DNA from: a virus
Direction: 5' to 3' (one strand)
IMG/VR virus record: IMGVR_UViG_3300005454_000004
Location: 1 to 39,144 of that record
Length of the DNA stretch: 39,144 bases
Shown: in pieces, positions 1 through 8,302 of the stretch
Position numbering within the stretch: the stretch's first letter is position 1
Layout: each line of letters begins with the position of its first letter
The notes under the pieces: model-generated
Seen by the model: only the letters and a program-made list of their open reading frames with translations
What the model was told of the DNA's origin: nothing
Database searches by the model: none
Program-made: the position numbers and the translations under genes

Positions 1-50
1 GGCCGATCTGCGACGGCGACGTCGACGCCCCGACCACTAAGTCGAATTGG
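1..50. repeat. Terminal overlap, copy 1 (identical to 39095..39144)
   Basis: Character-by-character identity of ggccgatctgcgacggcgacgtcgacgccccgaccactaagtcgaattgg at both window ends. Confidence 0.95.
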
Positions 51-1355
51 CCCGCGCGCTACCCGATGGAGTGGATCCGCGCGGAGCGCGATCGCTTCCA
101 GGCCGACGGCATGCTGCAGGAATTCAAGCAGGCCTACATGCTGCAGGTGACCGACCCGGCGACCAAGCCCTTCAAGGAGGACATGCTCGCCGCGCGGGAT
201 ACCAGCCCCTGGGACTGGATGCCGCGGTTCGCGATCTACGACCCGGCGCGGACCTCGAACGAGAAGCGCACCCGCGAGCACCGGAAGAGCGACCGCTACG
301 GGAAGGTCGTGGTCTCGCGCATGGGCTCGCAGATCCTCGTCCACGAGTCGGGCGGGTTCTTCTGGAAGCCGAACGAGTTCATCGCCGAACTCTTCACGAT
401 GAACGAGAAGCACGCGCCCGCGAAGCTCGGGATCGAGAAGAATTCGCTCGACGACTGGCTGCTGCAGCCCATCCGCATCGAGATGCTGAAGCGCGGCGTG
501 TCGCTCCCGCTCATCCCGCTCTCGGCGCCGCAGGACCGCTCGAAGGAGGACTTCATCCTGGGCCTGCAGCCCTTCGCGGAGGCGCGCGACATCGTGCTCG
601 TGGGCGGGCGCGCGGCACACCCGCAGCTCGTGGCCGAGTGGGCGAACTTCCCGCAGGGCCCGCGCGACATCATGAACGCGCTCGCGTACAGTCTGCGCAT
701 GTTCTCGGGCCAGCCCATCTACGCCGACTTCGGCGGCGCCAACATCGGCGACGCGCCGAACCCCGCGCGCGGCGAGACGGTCTACGTGGGCTTTAACGCG
801 AGCCCGACCGACACGGCCTGCGTGGCGATCGTGCGCGAGGGCCGGCGCCTCGCGGTTGCCATGGACGCCGCGGCCGCGGGGCCCGACGCCGTGAAGTCGC
901 TCGTCTTCGAGCTGCGAACCGCCTTCCCGCTCGCCTCATTCTCGGTCTGGACGCCCGCGGAGCTGCACGACCAGTGGCAGCGGATCGCGACCGTGCCGCA
1001 GCTGCGCGCCGAGCGCGTGGTGGTCTACCGCGGCGATCACATCGCGCCTGCGCGCGGATGCCTCTCCGACCGGATGCGCACCGAGTGGCGCGGCAAGCGC
1101 CTCCTCACCGTCGACCGGCGCGCGCGCTTGACTCTCAACGCGCTCTCGACGGGCTACGCCGCGGCGGTCGAGCGCGGCGGACGCGTCGCGGGCGAGCCCG
1201 AGCAGGGGATCTCGCGCCTGGTGGGCGAGGCGATCGAGTGCGTCGCACACATGCTGGACCGGCAGCTCGAGGCCGAGGGCCTGCCGAAGGGCGCCAACCT
1301 GGGGACCACCCCCGGCGGCGCCACGTACGTGACCGCCCATCCGGGCAAGCGCTAA
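3..1355 (+). CDS. terL: Terminase large subunit, C-terminal part (continues from 38437..39144 across the circular join)
   Basis: The frame is open from nt 3 and is in frame with the last codon (tgg) of the window. High GC3. It lies directly upstream of the portal gene. The N-terminal part at the other window end carries the ATPase motifs. Confidence 0.85.
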   Translation, partial: PICDGDVDAPTTKSNWPARYPMEWIRAERDRFQADGMLQEFKQAYMLQVTDPATKPFKEDMLAARDTSPWDWMPRFAIYDPARTSNEKRTREHRKSDRYGKVVVSRMGSQILVHESGGFFWKPNEFIAELFTMNEKHAPAKLGIEKNSLDDWLLQPIRIEMLKRGVSLPLIPLSAPQDRSKEDFILGLQPFAEARDIVLVGGRAAHPQLVAEWANFPQGPRDIMNALAYSLRMFSGQPIYADFGGANIGDAPNPARGETVYVGFNASPTDTACVAIVREGRRLAVAMDAAAAGPDAVKSLVFELRTAFPLASFSVWTPAELHDQWQRIATVPQLRAERVVVYRGDHIAPARGCLSDRMRTEWRGKRLLTVDRRARLTLNALSTGYAAAVERGGRVAGEPEQGISRLVGEAIECVAHMLDRQLEAEGLPKGANLGTTPGGATYVTAHPGKR

Positions 1356-1395
1356 AAGCCCATTTTTGACATTGGCGAGGAAGCGGGGCTACCAT
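1354..1395 (+). promoter_or_regulatory. Copy 1 of the AAAAGCCCAWWTTTG motif, overlapping a sigma70-like TTGACA(1366-1371)-18 nt-TACCAT(1390-1395)
   Basis: aaaagcccatttttgaca lies immediately after the terL stop. The same 15-nt core recurs at 6892, 14968 and 22818. Confidence 0.4.
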
Positions 1396-1405
1396 GGCCG
1401 CGCTC

Positions 1406-1419
1406 GCCCAAATTTGGGC
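1406..1419. repeat. Perfect 14-bp palindrome GCCCAAATTTGGGC followed by TTTGATCTT
   Basis: The sequence is self-complementary and identical to the palindrome at 14972-14985. It could act as an operator or as a short hairpin. Confidence 0.6.
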
Positions 1420-1440
1420 TTTGATCTTCCGGAGACCGCC

Positions 1441-1611
1441 ATGGCCGTGTCGCGCTCGCACAGCAAGAAAGCCCCCTCGCAGAATCCCGTCGGTTTCTTC
1501 AAGTGCGAGCAGCAGGGCGGCACGCACGGCACGCCGACGAAGGTCGGCGACAAGCTCTCGGGCGGACCGATGCGCGAGCAGATCTACGGCCGCAAGTCGC
1601 TCGGCAAGTAG
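1441..1611 (+). CDS. Small basic hypothetical protein (56 aa)
   Basis: ATG preceded by GGAGA (1431-1435). High GC3. The upstream part of track ORF 1366..1611 overlaps the promoter-like region, so the later start is preferred. Confidence 0.55.
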   Translation: MAVSRSHSKKAPSQNPVGFFKCEQQGGTHGTPTKVGDKLSGGPMREQIYGRKSLGK

Positions 1612-1617
1612 CGCACC

Positions 1618-1845
1618 GTGAACCCGCTCTACCTGAAAGTCGCCGCCGCGCTCGAGAAGCACGGCGTGACCTCGGCCCTCAAAGCCGACGTGGACTCGAT
1701 CTTCGCGGGCACCGACTCCCCGCCTTCCAGCGTTGTTCCTCCTGTTGTTGAGGCTGTTCCCGCCGCCGGTGCTGCGACCCCGGCGGCGGACCTTTCCCCG
1801 GTGGCCGGAATGCCAGCAGGCGGATCCGTCGGGAGCGCACCGTGA
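1618..1845 (+). CDS. Hypothetical protein (75 aa), Pro/Ala-rich C-terminus
   Basis: GTG start, high GC3, and a GTGA stop/start overlap with the next ORF. Confidence 0.6.
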   Translation: MNPLYLKVAAALEKHGVTSALKADVDSIFAGTDSPPSSVVPPVVEAVPAAGAATPAADLSPVAGMPAGGSVGSAP

Positions 1846-2036
1846 CGCGCCGCCGGAAGGGCAAGGCGAAAAGCGTCTCGATGACGGGCGGCTCGAACGC
1901 GCCCTTCGTGCGCAACGCGAAGAAGCCCGAGTCGGACGACAAGCCGCACGTGCGGCCGGGTCCCGCCTCGACCAACCGCAACGCGCAGTCCCAGCACTCG
2001 AAGCGCGTGAAGCGCCTCACCGGCCTCATGCTCTGA
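1842..2036 (+). CDS. Small highly basic hypothetical protein (64 aa)
   Basis: GTG start overlapping the previous stop. High GC3. It ends 1 nt before the portal start. Confidence 0.6.
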   Translation: MTRRRKGKAKSVSMTGGSNAPFVRNAKKPESDDKPHVRPGPASTNRNAQSQHSKRVKRLTGLML

Positions 2037-2037
2037 T

Positions 2038-4239
2038 GTGGCGCGCATCGCGAAAAAATCCCCCGACAAACCCGACGAGCTGAAGAGCTCGACGGTCGAT
2101 AGCAAGGCTGCGCCCGACGCGCTCGCGACGGGCGACAAGCCCGAGAACTGGGCCGACAAGCCCGATTCCCCCGCCCACCAGGCCGCGAAGAAGCTCTACA
2201 AGCTGATCCTCAAGGGCTTCGAGAACCAGGCCGAGCAATCGGACCGGATCGAGGAATACTGGAACATCTACAACGCGCAGCCCGATGAGAACCTGCAGTA
2301 CACGGGGAACTCGCAGGGCTACATCCCGGCGGTGCGCGACTGCGTGAACGCGCGCGCGAAGCGGGTCCTGAAGCAGCTCTTCCCGGTGAACCACAAGCAC
2401 GTCGACGGCCTCTCGTCGGACGGCCGCGTGCCGAACCTGCAGCTCTCGCTCCTCGAGCACTACATCCGCAAGACCAAGCTCAAGGCCACGGTGCGCTCCG
2501 ATCTCATCGCGGGCGACGTGACCGGGCAGTGGTGCCTCATGATCGACTGGATGAAGAGCGAGCGGCGCGTGACGAAGCTCGTGCGCCGAAACCCGATCAT
2601 CGACGAGATCGACGGCGAGGACGTGTCCGATCTGGAGATCGAGGATCCGGGGGCCGATGAGGAGGAGGACACCGAGACCGAGGACGTGATCGACGAAGGT
2701 CCCGAGATCGTGGACTTCGCGGTCGAGGACCTCACGGTGATCCCGCCCACGTGCAACGACCTGCAGCGCGCGCAGGCGGCATGCGTGCGCCTTCGCCTCT
2801 CGGAAGCGCGCGTGAAGGAGATGGTCGACGAGGGTGTGTTCATCCTCCGCGAAGGCAGCGATCTCGACGACTACTGCAAGGGCAACTTCGGGAACCTCGA
2901 GAAGCGCAACCGCGAGAAGAAGCAGACCGAGGACGCGGGCGTGAAGACCCAGGGCACGAACAAGTACGCGCTCATCTTCATGGCCTACACGAAGCTCGAC
3001 CTCGGGAAGGGCGCGAAGGAATCCGCCGTCGTCTACTTCTCCGGGCCCGACGAGATCATCGGCATCATCAGGAACCCGCTGTGGAGCGGCAAGGTGCCGG
3101 TGATCTCGCAGCCGGTCGACCGCGTGAAGGGCTCGTTCTTCGGCAAGTCGAAGGTCGAGCCCGTGAAGTTCCTGCAGTGGCAGCTTTGCGACTTCTGGAA
3201 CATGGGCCAGGACTCGGCCATGTACTCGCTGCTGCCGATCTGGGCGGTCGACCCGCTCGCCGCTCCGCAGTGGGCGACGCTGGTGATGGGGCTCGCGGCG
3301 GTGTGGCCGGTCGACCCGAACAAGATCAAGCCCATGACGAGTCCGCAGCTGTGGAAGGACTCGGCGCAGATCTGCGACCTCATCAAGCGCCAGATCTGGG
3401 AGTCGATGGACGTGAACGAGATGATGATGGGCAAGCTCCCCGCGGGCCGGAAGAACAACCAGCTCATGGGCCAGATGCAGCAGGAGCAGTCGACCAACAT
3501 CAGCGACCACGCCGACCGCTACGAGGAGGAGATGTTGTCGCCCCTCGCGGAAATGCTCTTCGAGTTCGACCAGCAGTTCCGGGAAGACGAGGTGATGATC
3601 GAGTCGCGCGGCGAGATCGGCGTCGAGGCTTCGGTGAAGACCATCCCCGTGCAGCAGTGGGGCGAGCGCATCTTCTTCCGCTGGATCGGCTCGTCCTTCA
3701 TGACGAACATGCAGCGCATGCAGCAGCAGATCGCCTGGCTGAACGTGCTGAAGGGCATCCCGCCCCAGATGCTGGACGGCCGGCGCCTCAACCTGGCGCC
3801 CATCCTCGACAAGGGCACGGAGGACATCTTCGGGCCCGAGCTCGCGCCGAAGATCTTGGTCGACGAACGCAACATGTTCGTTGTCGATCCCGACACCGAG
3901 AACGAGATCCTGCACAACGGCATGACGGTGACCGTCCACGAGGCCGACGACGACCCGAAGCACATCCAGTCGCACATGAAGGCGGCGAGCCTCACCGGCG
4001 ACCCCGCGGGGCTTTACAAGGCCCACATGGCCGCGCACATGCAGGCGATGCAGGTGAAACGCGAGAAGCAGATGGCGGCGCAAATGCCCAAGGGCCAGCC
4101 GGGCGGACCCGGCGGCGCGGGCCCGGGTGTCGCCGGCGCGCCGCGGCCGGGCGCGCAACCAGGCGCCCCGCGCCCCGTGCAGAACCCCGCCGGCGCGATC
4201 CCGCAGGACAACATGGCCGGCGCACCAGGAAGGGGGTGA
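2038..4239 (+). CDS. Putative portal protein (733 aa)
   Basis: Large ORF just downstream of terL, with an acidic stretch (DLEIEDPGADEEEDTETEDV) and a Gly/Pro-rich C-terminal tail. Size and position are typical of portals. No sequence search was done. Confidence 0.7.
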   Translation: MARIAKKSPDKPDELKSSTVDSKAAPDALATGDKPENWADKPDSPAHQAAKKLYKLILKGFENQAEQSDRIEEYWNIYNAQPDENLQYTGNSQGYIPAVRDCVNARAKRVLKQLFPVNHKHVDGLSSDGRVPNLQLSLLEHYIRKTKLKATVRSDLIAGDVTGQWCLMIDWMKSERRVTKLVRRNPIIDEIDGEDVSDLEIEDPGADEEEDTETEDVIDEGPEIVDFAVEDLTVIPPTCNDLQRAQAACVRLRLSEARVKEMVDEGVFILREGSDLDDYCKGNFGNLEKRNREKKQTEDAGVKTQGTNKYALIFMAYTKLDLGKGAKESAVVYFSGPDEIIGIIRNPLWSGKVPVISQPVDRVKGSFFGKSKVEPVKFLQWQLCDFWNMGQDSAMYSLLPIWAVDPLAAPQWATLVMGLAAVWPVDPNKIKPMTSPQLWKDSAQICDLIKRQIWESMDVNEMMMGKLPAGRKNNQLMGQMQQEQSTNISDHADRYEEEMLSPLAEMLFEFDQQFREDEVMIESRGEIGVEASVKTIPVQQWGERIFFRWIGSSFMTNMQRMQQQIAWLNVLKGIPPQMLDGRRLNLAPILDKGTEDIFGPELAPKILVDERNMFVVDPDTENEILHNGMTVTVHEADDDPKHIQSHMKAASLTGDPAGLYKAHMAAHMQAMQVKREKQMAAQMPKGQPGGPGGAGPGVAGAPRPGAQPGAPRPVQNPAGAIPQDNMAGAPGRG

Positions 4240-4242
4240 TCC

Positions 4243-4461
4243 GTGGCACGAGCGAAGAAGCGCAAGGGCAAGCAGCTGGACGAGGCCGCGGCGATGCCCG
4301 TGGCCGACGATCGCTGGCGCGCGCGGGATGACTTGCACACGATCGAGCGCGCGCATGAGGTGGTGAGCGACAGCTCGCGCCTCAAGGCCGCGAAGTCGGA
4401 GGCGAAGCGCCAGAAGGAATCCCTCGACCGCATCGCGCGCCTGGAGGGCAAGAAGCTATGA
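4243..4461 (+). CDS. Hypothetical charged, helical protein (72 aa)
   Basis: High GC3. ATGA overlap with the next ORF indicates translational coupling. Confidence 0.6.
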   Translation: MARAKKRKGKQLDEAAAMPVADDRWRARDDLHTIERAHEVVSDSSRLKAAKSEAKRQKESLDRIARLEGKKL

Positions 4462-4628
4462 CCGGCCGCATCCCCGACCAGGCGGTCCTCGAGGCGTCCA
4501 TCCAGACCCTCGTCGAGCGCTTCGAGCGCGAGCACCAGGTCGAAGTGAGCTCGATCTGGGTGGAGCACCGCGTGCCCGCCGCGGTCGAGGTGACCGTCAC
4601 CGTGCGCCGCCGGGTGAAGGCCGCATGA
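4458..4628 (+). CDS. Hypothetical protein (56 aa; below the ORF-track length cutoff)
   Basis: Read by hand as MTGRIPDQAVLEASIQTLVERFEREHQVEVSSIWVEHRVPAAVEVTVTVRRRVKAA. ATGA overlaps at both ends. Confidence 0.5.
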   Translation: MTGRIPDQAVLEASIQTLVERFEREHQVEVSSIWVEHRVPAAVEVTVTVRRRVKAA

Positions 4629-5041
4629 AGATCATGGGCATCCCGGTCGTGTTCGATCCGCGGCTCACGCAGATGCCGGCGGTCTCGCGCGGCTTCTGGC
4701 CGTTGAAGCGGATCGTGGTGGGACCCCAGTGGTACGAGCTCACGCCCGAGGCGCGGGTGTCGGTTCTCTTCCACGAGGTTCACCACTGCCTCGCGTTTCA
4801 CCTCGAGGTGCGCTTGGCGATCCTGCCGCTCCTCTTCATCGCGCCGCGCTTCACGCGCCGCATCTGCCGCGAGCAGGAGCTCGCGTGCGACCGCTTCGCA
4901 GCCTCCCAAGGCTGGGGGCTGGAGCTCGCGCGGCTGCTCGAGCAGCTGCACGACCTACCGGAAAGCGACTTTTACCCGACATGCATCGAACGCGCGCGGA
5001 CCCTGCGCGCCCACCTGGAGGACCCATGTTCAAACCCCTGA
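4625..5041 (+). CDS. Minimal M48/M56-like zinc metallopeptidase (138 aa)
   Basis: HEVHHCLAFH (HExxH-x4-H), then a hydrophobic segment (LAILPLLFIAP), then REQELACDRFAA. This resembles the E-x3-A-D third-ligand motif of HtpX/BlaR1-type peptidases. Confidence 0.65.
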   Translation: MKIMGIPVVFDPRLTQMPAVSRGFWPLKRIVVGPQWYELTPEARVSVLFHEVHHCLAFHLEVRLAILPLLFIAPRFTRRICREQELACDRFAASQGWGLELARLLEQLHDLPESDFYPTCIERARTLRAHLEDPCSNP

Positions 5042-5436
5042 AACGCGCGTTCGCCGCAGTCCTCGCCGGCATCTTCCTGCTCGCCTCGAGCCTGGTACAG
5101 GCGGGCGCCTGCTGCTCGTCGTTCTCGATCTTCCCCGACACCACGCGGAACTTCTCGTCCAGCGTGCTGCTGCCGCCCACGTACACCGACGCGATCGTGC
5201 TGGTCGCCAACGTCTCGCAGACGCAGACCATCCCGACGGGAGCGACGTGGGTCGTCTTCAGCGGCAATTGCAACTTCTACGCTCTTACGGGAGCGTCGGC
5301 CGCCGTCCCCGGCGCCACCACTACCAACGGCAGCGCGGCGATGCAGAACCCTGCGGCGTGGAATATCACGGGCTTCACGCAGGTGACGGTGGTGGCACCG
5401 TCCGCGTGCGTCGTCACCTTGTCCTTCTACCTCTGA
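5026..5436 (+). CDS. Hypothetical beta-rich protein with a signal-peptide-like N-terminus (136 aa)
   Basis: Internal ATG of track ORF 4729..5436. N-terminus MFKPLKRAFAAVLAGIFLLASSLVQAGACC. The upstream extension is Arg/Pro/Ala shadow sequence overlapping the peptidase gene. Confidence 0.6.
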   Translation: MFKPLKRAFAAVLAGIFLLASSLVQAGACCSSFSIFPDTTRNFSSSVLLPPTYTDAIVLVANVSQTQTIPTGATWVVFSGNCNFYALTGASAAVPGATTTNGSAAMQNPAAWNITGFTQVTVVAPSACVVTLSFYL

Positions 5437-5443
5437 GGCCACG

Positions 5444-6268
5444 ATGAAGCGCTTCCTCGTATCGCTGTTCATCGCACTCTTCACGACCTGCACGGTCGCG
5501 CAGGTCCCGATCTACACGCGGCCCGCGGCGGCCTCCGGCATCGCCAGCATCACCGGCGGCAGCATCACCGGGGTCACGGGCGTTGCGACGAACCTCGGCG
5601 GCTCGGGCATTCCCATCATCGGGCTTTCGACGGGGTCGGTCGCCGCGAACGGCGCCATCAGCGGCATTACCGCGCTGCCGCTCGTCTATCCCGCGGCGTA
5701 CTGCTACTTCCCGGCGAACGCGCTCGCCACGGCGATCGCCGCGGGCTTCTACTACTGCACGTTCAGCACCACGACGGCCGGCACGGCATTCCTGAACCAG
5801 TGGAGCTCGGGGCTGCCCGTGATTCCATCGAGCCCGACGCCCGTCACGGACGGGAAGGGCGCGTACACGGGCGACACGACCGAAGAGTTCATGCCGAGCA
5901 TCGCCATTCCCGCGCTCGGGGTGAATAGCCAGCTGTATGTCGACACCACCATCGTTGCGACGAACAGCGCGGGATCCAAGTCGGTCAAGTTCCGCCACAG
6001 CGGCAGCGGCGGCACGATCCTCTTCACCAACGCCATCACCACGGCCCAGAGCCAGCGCTTGCTCGGCGTTTCGGCGAATGCGGGCTCCACGAGCTCGCAG
6101 AGCGTGTCGTTCTTCACCGTGAACCAGGCGGGCGCCGCGTTCAACGGCACGCCGGCCATCCCGACCGTGAATACCAGCGCGGCGACGACGGGCGTCCTGA
6201 GCCTGCAGCGCGGCACGGCAACCGACAACATCATCCTGTTCGCATGGTCAATTGGTTTGTCGCTCTAG
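5444..6268 (+). CDS. Hypothetical Thr/Ser/Gly/Ala-rich structural-type protein with a signal-like N-terminus (274 aa)
   Basis: N-terminus MKRFLVSLFIALFTTCTVAQ. The composition is typical of fibre or receptor-binding proteins. High GC3. Confidence 0.7.
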   Translation: MKRFLVSLFIALFTTCTVAQVPIYTRPAAASGIASITGGSITGVTGVATNLGGSGIPIIGLSTGSVAANGAISGITALPLVYPAAYCYFPANALATAIAAGFYYCTFSTTTAGTAFLNQWSSGLPVIPSSPTPVTDGKGAYTGDTTEEFMPSIAIPALGVNSQLYVDTTIVATNSAGSKSVKFRHSGSGGTILFTNAITTAQSQRLLGVSANAGSTSSQSVSFFTVNQAGAAFNGTPAIPTVNTSAATTGVLSLQRGTATDNIILFAWSIGLSL

Positions 6269-6888
6269 CCTTTGCGCTAGGAGCGTGGGGGGGCGGCGGC
6301 CCCACCCCGACGTCGCCCCTATCGGTATGGGTCGTCGAGGGCGACAGCCTGAGCGACAGCCTGATCTCGGACTACCCGGGGCTGTACCTCCCGAACGCTC
6401 GGCCAAGCGTTGCCGCGGTGGATTTCGCGGTGGCGGGCTCGACGCTGAACGATGCGATCGCGCGCCAGGCGACCGTCGACATGGTCATTACGACCAACCG
6501 GGATGCGCCCCGATTCATCTTTTCGGCGCTCATCGGGGGGAACGGATTTTGCAGCGCCGGCAGCCAGTGCCTCCTCGACCAGATCACCGCGCTCGCCACG
6601 TACTACGACGGGCGCCGCGCGGCGGGATTCAAGGTCGTTTGCATCACCTGGACGCCGCGGACAACGGCGCTATTCAATCCGGCGCGCAACCAGGTCAACG
6701 TCGCGATTCGCACGTGGCAGGGCACGCACTGCGACGCGATCGCCGACTTCGCGGCCGACCCGATCATGGGGCCGGACGCTGCCGCTTCCGACGTCTCGCT
6801 CTATTCGGATGGCACTCACCCGACGGCGCTGGGCCACAGTTACCTCGAGGCCGACATCCGCCCGGTCCTGAACGGATTGCTGCATTAG
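6244..6888 (+). CDS. SGNH/GDSL-family hydrolase (214 aa)
   Basis: Block I VVEGDSLSD (GDS-L with the Ser nucleophile), block III IGGNGF, and block V SDGTHPTALGH (DxxH). Confidence 0.8.
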   Translation: MVNWFVALAFALGAWGGGGPTPTSPLSVWVVEGDSLSDSLISDYPGLYLPNARPSVAAVDFAVAGSTLNDAIARQATVDMVITTNRDAPRFIFSALIGGNGFCSAGSQCLLDQITALATYYDGRRAAGFKVVCITWTPRTTALFNPARNQVNVAIRTWQGTHCDAIADFAADPIMGPDAAASDVSLYSDGTHPTALGHSYLEADIRPVLNGLLH

Positions 6889-6891
6889 CCA

Positions 6892-6932
6892 AAAAGCCCA
6901 AATTTGACACAGCCCAAATATGGGCTTAACTT
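6892..6932 (+). promoter_or_regulatory. Copy 2 of the AAAAGCCCAAATTTG motif, with TTGACA(6904-6909)-17 nt-TAACTT(6927-6932); near-palindrome AGCCCAAATATGGGCT (6911-6926) fills the spacer
   Basis: aaaagcccaaatttgacacagcccaaatatgggcttaactt. It is followed by AAGGAG (6948-6953) and the ATG at 6961. Confidence 0.45.
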
Positions 6933-6960
6933 TCGGGCAGTCGTTACAAGGAGATAGACG

Positions 6961-7797
6961 ATGAAACAGAAAAAACTCGCTGCCCTGCTTTCCTCGTTCT
7001 TCTCCTTGGGCGTGGGCGCTCCGCTCACGAGCCTCCCCAGCATGATGCAGGTGAACGGCGCGCTGGTGGACCCGGGCGGGCTCATCTCGTTCCTGAACCA
7101 GATGAACGCGGCGAACACCGCCGCCGACGGGACGAACTTCCAGACCTCGGCGGGCGCGACGATCACGCTCACCTCGCTGCAGAACCTCACCCAGCGCCTC
7201 ACGAACGGCGGCGCGGTCACCGTCACCCTGGACTCGGCGTGGGCAATCGCCAACGCGATCCCGAACGCCTTCCAGAACCAGACCTTCCCGTTCACGATCA
7301 TCACCAACGCCGGCACCACGGTCGCGACGCCGACCCTCACCGGCTCGGGCGTGACGCTCTCGGGCACGACCACCGTGCTCGCCGCCGCGGCGCGCTGGTA
7401 TCAGGGACAGATCACCCAGATCGCGACCACGACCGGCGCGCCCGTCACCTCGGGCACGACCTTCACGTCGATCGCGCAGATCGGCTCGACGAACCGCTAC
7501 ACGGTGACCCTCGGCGTGAACGCGCTGGTCCCGGTGGTGGGCCAGGCGATCTACCTCAACGTCACGGCCGGCACGCTGCCCGCGGGCTGGTATCCGATCG
7601 ACCTCGTGAGCTCGGCCACCTCGTTCGTCTGCGTGCTGCCCCCGTCGGGCACCGCCTGGACCGCGACCGCCGCCACGATCCCGGGCACCGTCACCGTGCC
7701 GGTCTCGCAGTACCAGTCGGGCTACACCGGCATCTTCTCGCCGCTCATCACCATCACCGGCATGATGGCGACCGTCACCGCCACGATGTCGGTCTAA
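6961..7797 (+). CDS. Hypothetical virion-module protein (278 aa), Thr/Ala/Gly-rich, with the leader motif
   Basis: Strong RBS AAGGAG. N-terminus MKQKKLAALLSSFFSLGVGAP. High GC3. Confidence 0.7.
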   Translation: MKQKKLAALLSSFFSLGVGAPLTSLPSMMQVNGALVDPGGLISFLNQMNAANTAADGTNFQTSAGATITLTSLQNLTQRLTNGGAVTVTLDSAWAIANAIPNAFQNQTFPFTIITNAGTTVATPTLTGSGVTLSGTTTVLAAAARWYQGQITQIATTTGAPVTSGTTFTSIAQIGSTNRYTVTLGVNALVPVVGQAIYLNVTAGTLPAGWYPIDLVSSATSFVCVLPPSGTAWTATAATIPGTVTVPVSQYQSGYTGIFSPLITITGMMATVTATMSV

Positions 7798-7807
7798 GGC
7801 CCCGACG

Positions 7808-8299
7808 ATGCGCGCCCTCACCCGCTGCCTGAATCTCCTGTGCCTCGGCACGCTGGCCCCGATCCCACCCGGGATCACCGCCGACAAGTCTGCGGGGTGG
7901 GGCCTCTTCGCGCTGATGAACAACGCGAACGTGTACTCCGCGTTCTTCGTGACCCTCGCCACCGCGGGCACGAACAGCACGCTGACCGCCGCGCAGGCGA
8001 TCGCGGGGGCGCTGCGTCTCACCACCGGCGCGTCGGGCGGCTTCACGATCACGCTGCCGTCCACCGTGGCGCTCCTCGCCGCCCTCGGGCCCACGATCCC
8101 CACGGATGGCTCGTTCACGAAGTTCATCCACATCCTGAACGACGGCATCGGGCAGACCGGCACGCTCACCGCAGGTGACGCGAGCACCACGATCACCGGC
8201 ACCGCCACCATCGCCACCAACACCCGCCGCATGTTCGCCATGACCGTGACCGGCCCGTCGACCATCACGTTCCAGAACTTCGGCTCCCAGGCCATCTAG
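7808..8299 (+). CDS. Hypothetical virion-module protein (163 aa), with the leader motif
   Basis: N-terminus MRALTRCLNLLCLGTLAP. High GC3. It lies directly upstream of the scaffold gene. Confidence 0.65.
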   Translation: MRALTRCLNLLCLGTLAPIPPGITADKSAGWGLFALMNNANVYSAFFVTLATAGTNSTLTAAQAIAGALRLTTGASGGFTITLPSTVALLAALGPTIPTDGSFTKFIHILNDGIGQTGTLTAGDASTTITGTATIATNTRRMFAMTVTGPSTITFQNFGSQAI

Positions 8300-8302
8300 C
8301 CC

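Noticed and set aside
1-50. Interpreting the terminal repeat as T7-like direct terminal repeats or as prophage att sites.
   Set aside because: The repeat lies inside the terminase large-subunit reading frame, and joining the ends restores that gene. The real attachment site is the tRNA-like core at 25195-25238.
2026-4356. 776-aa minus-strand ORF opposite the portal gene. Similar very long antisense or alternative-frame ORFs occur at 6670..8295, 7775..9193, 9084..10817, 12064..13611, 14947..16770, 16500..17867, 18392..20173, 20439..21392, 21790..22704 and 30789..32453.
   Set aside because: Their translations are Arg/His/Leu/Gly/Pro/Asp-rich low-complexity strings with no motifs. Each lies exactly antisense or out of frame to a gene with strong GC3 bias and recognisable domains. 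They are typical shadow ORFs caused by stop-codon scarcity in GC-rich DNA.
4729-5436. A 235-aa ORF as one gene. The same issue applies to the long N-terminal extensions of track ORFs 9021.., 14055.., 19977.., 20636.., 22431.., 23149.., 23780.. and 24367...
   Set aside because: The extensions overlap the preceding genes and are compositionally shadow-like. Internal ATGs with an RBS or a stop/start overlap give sensible N-termini.
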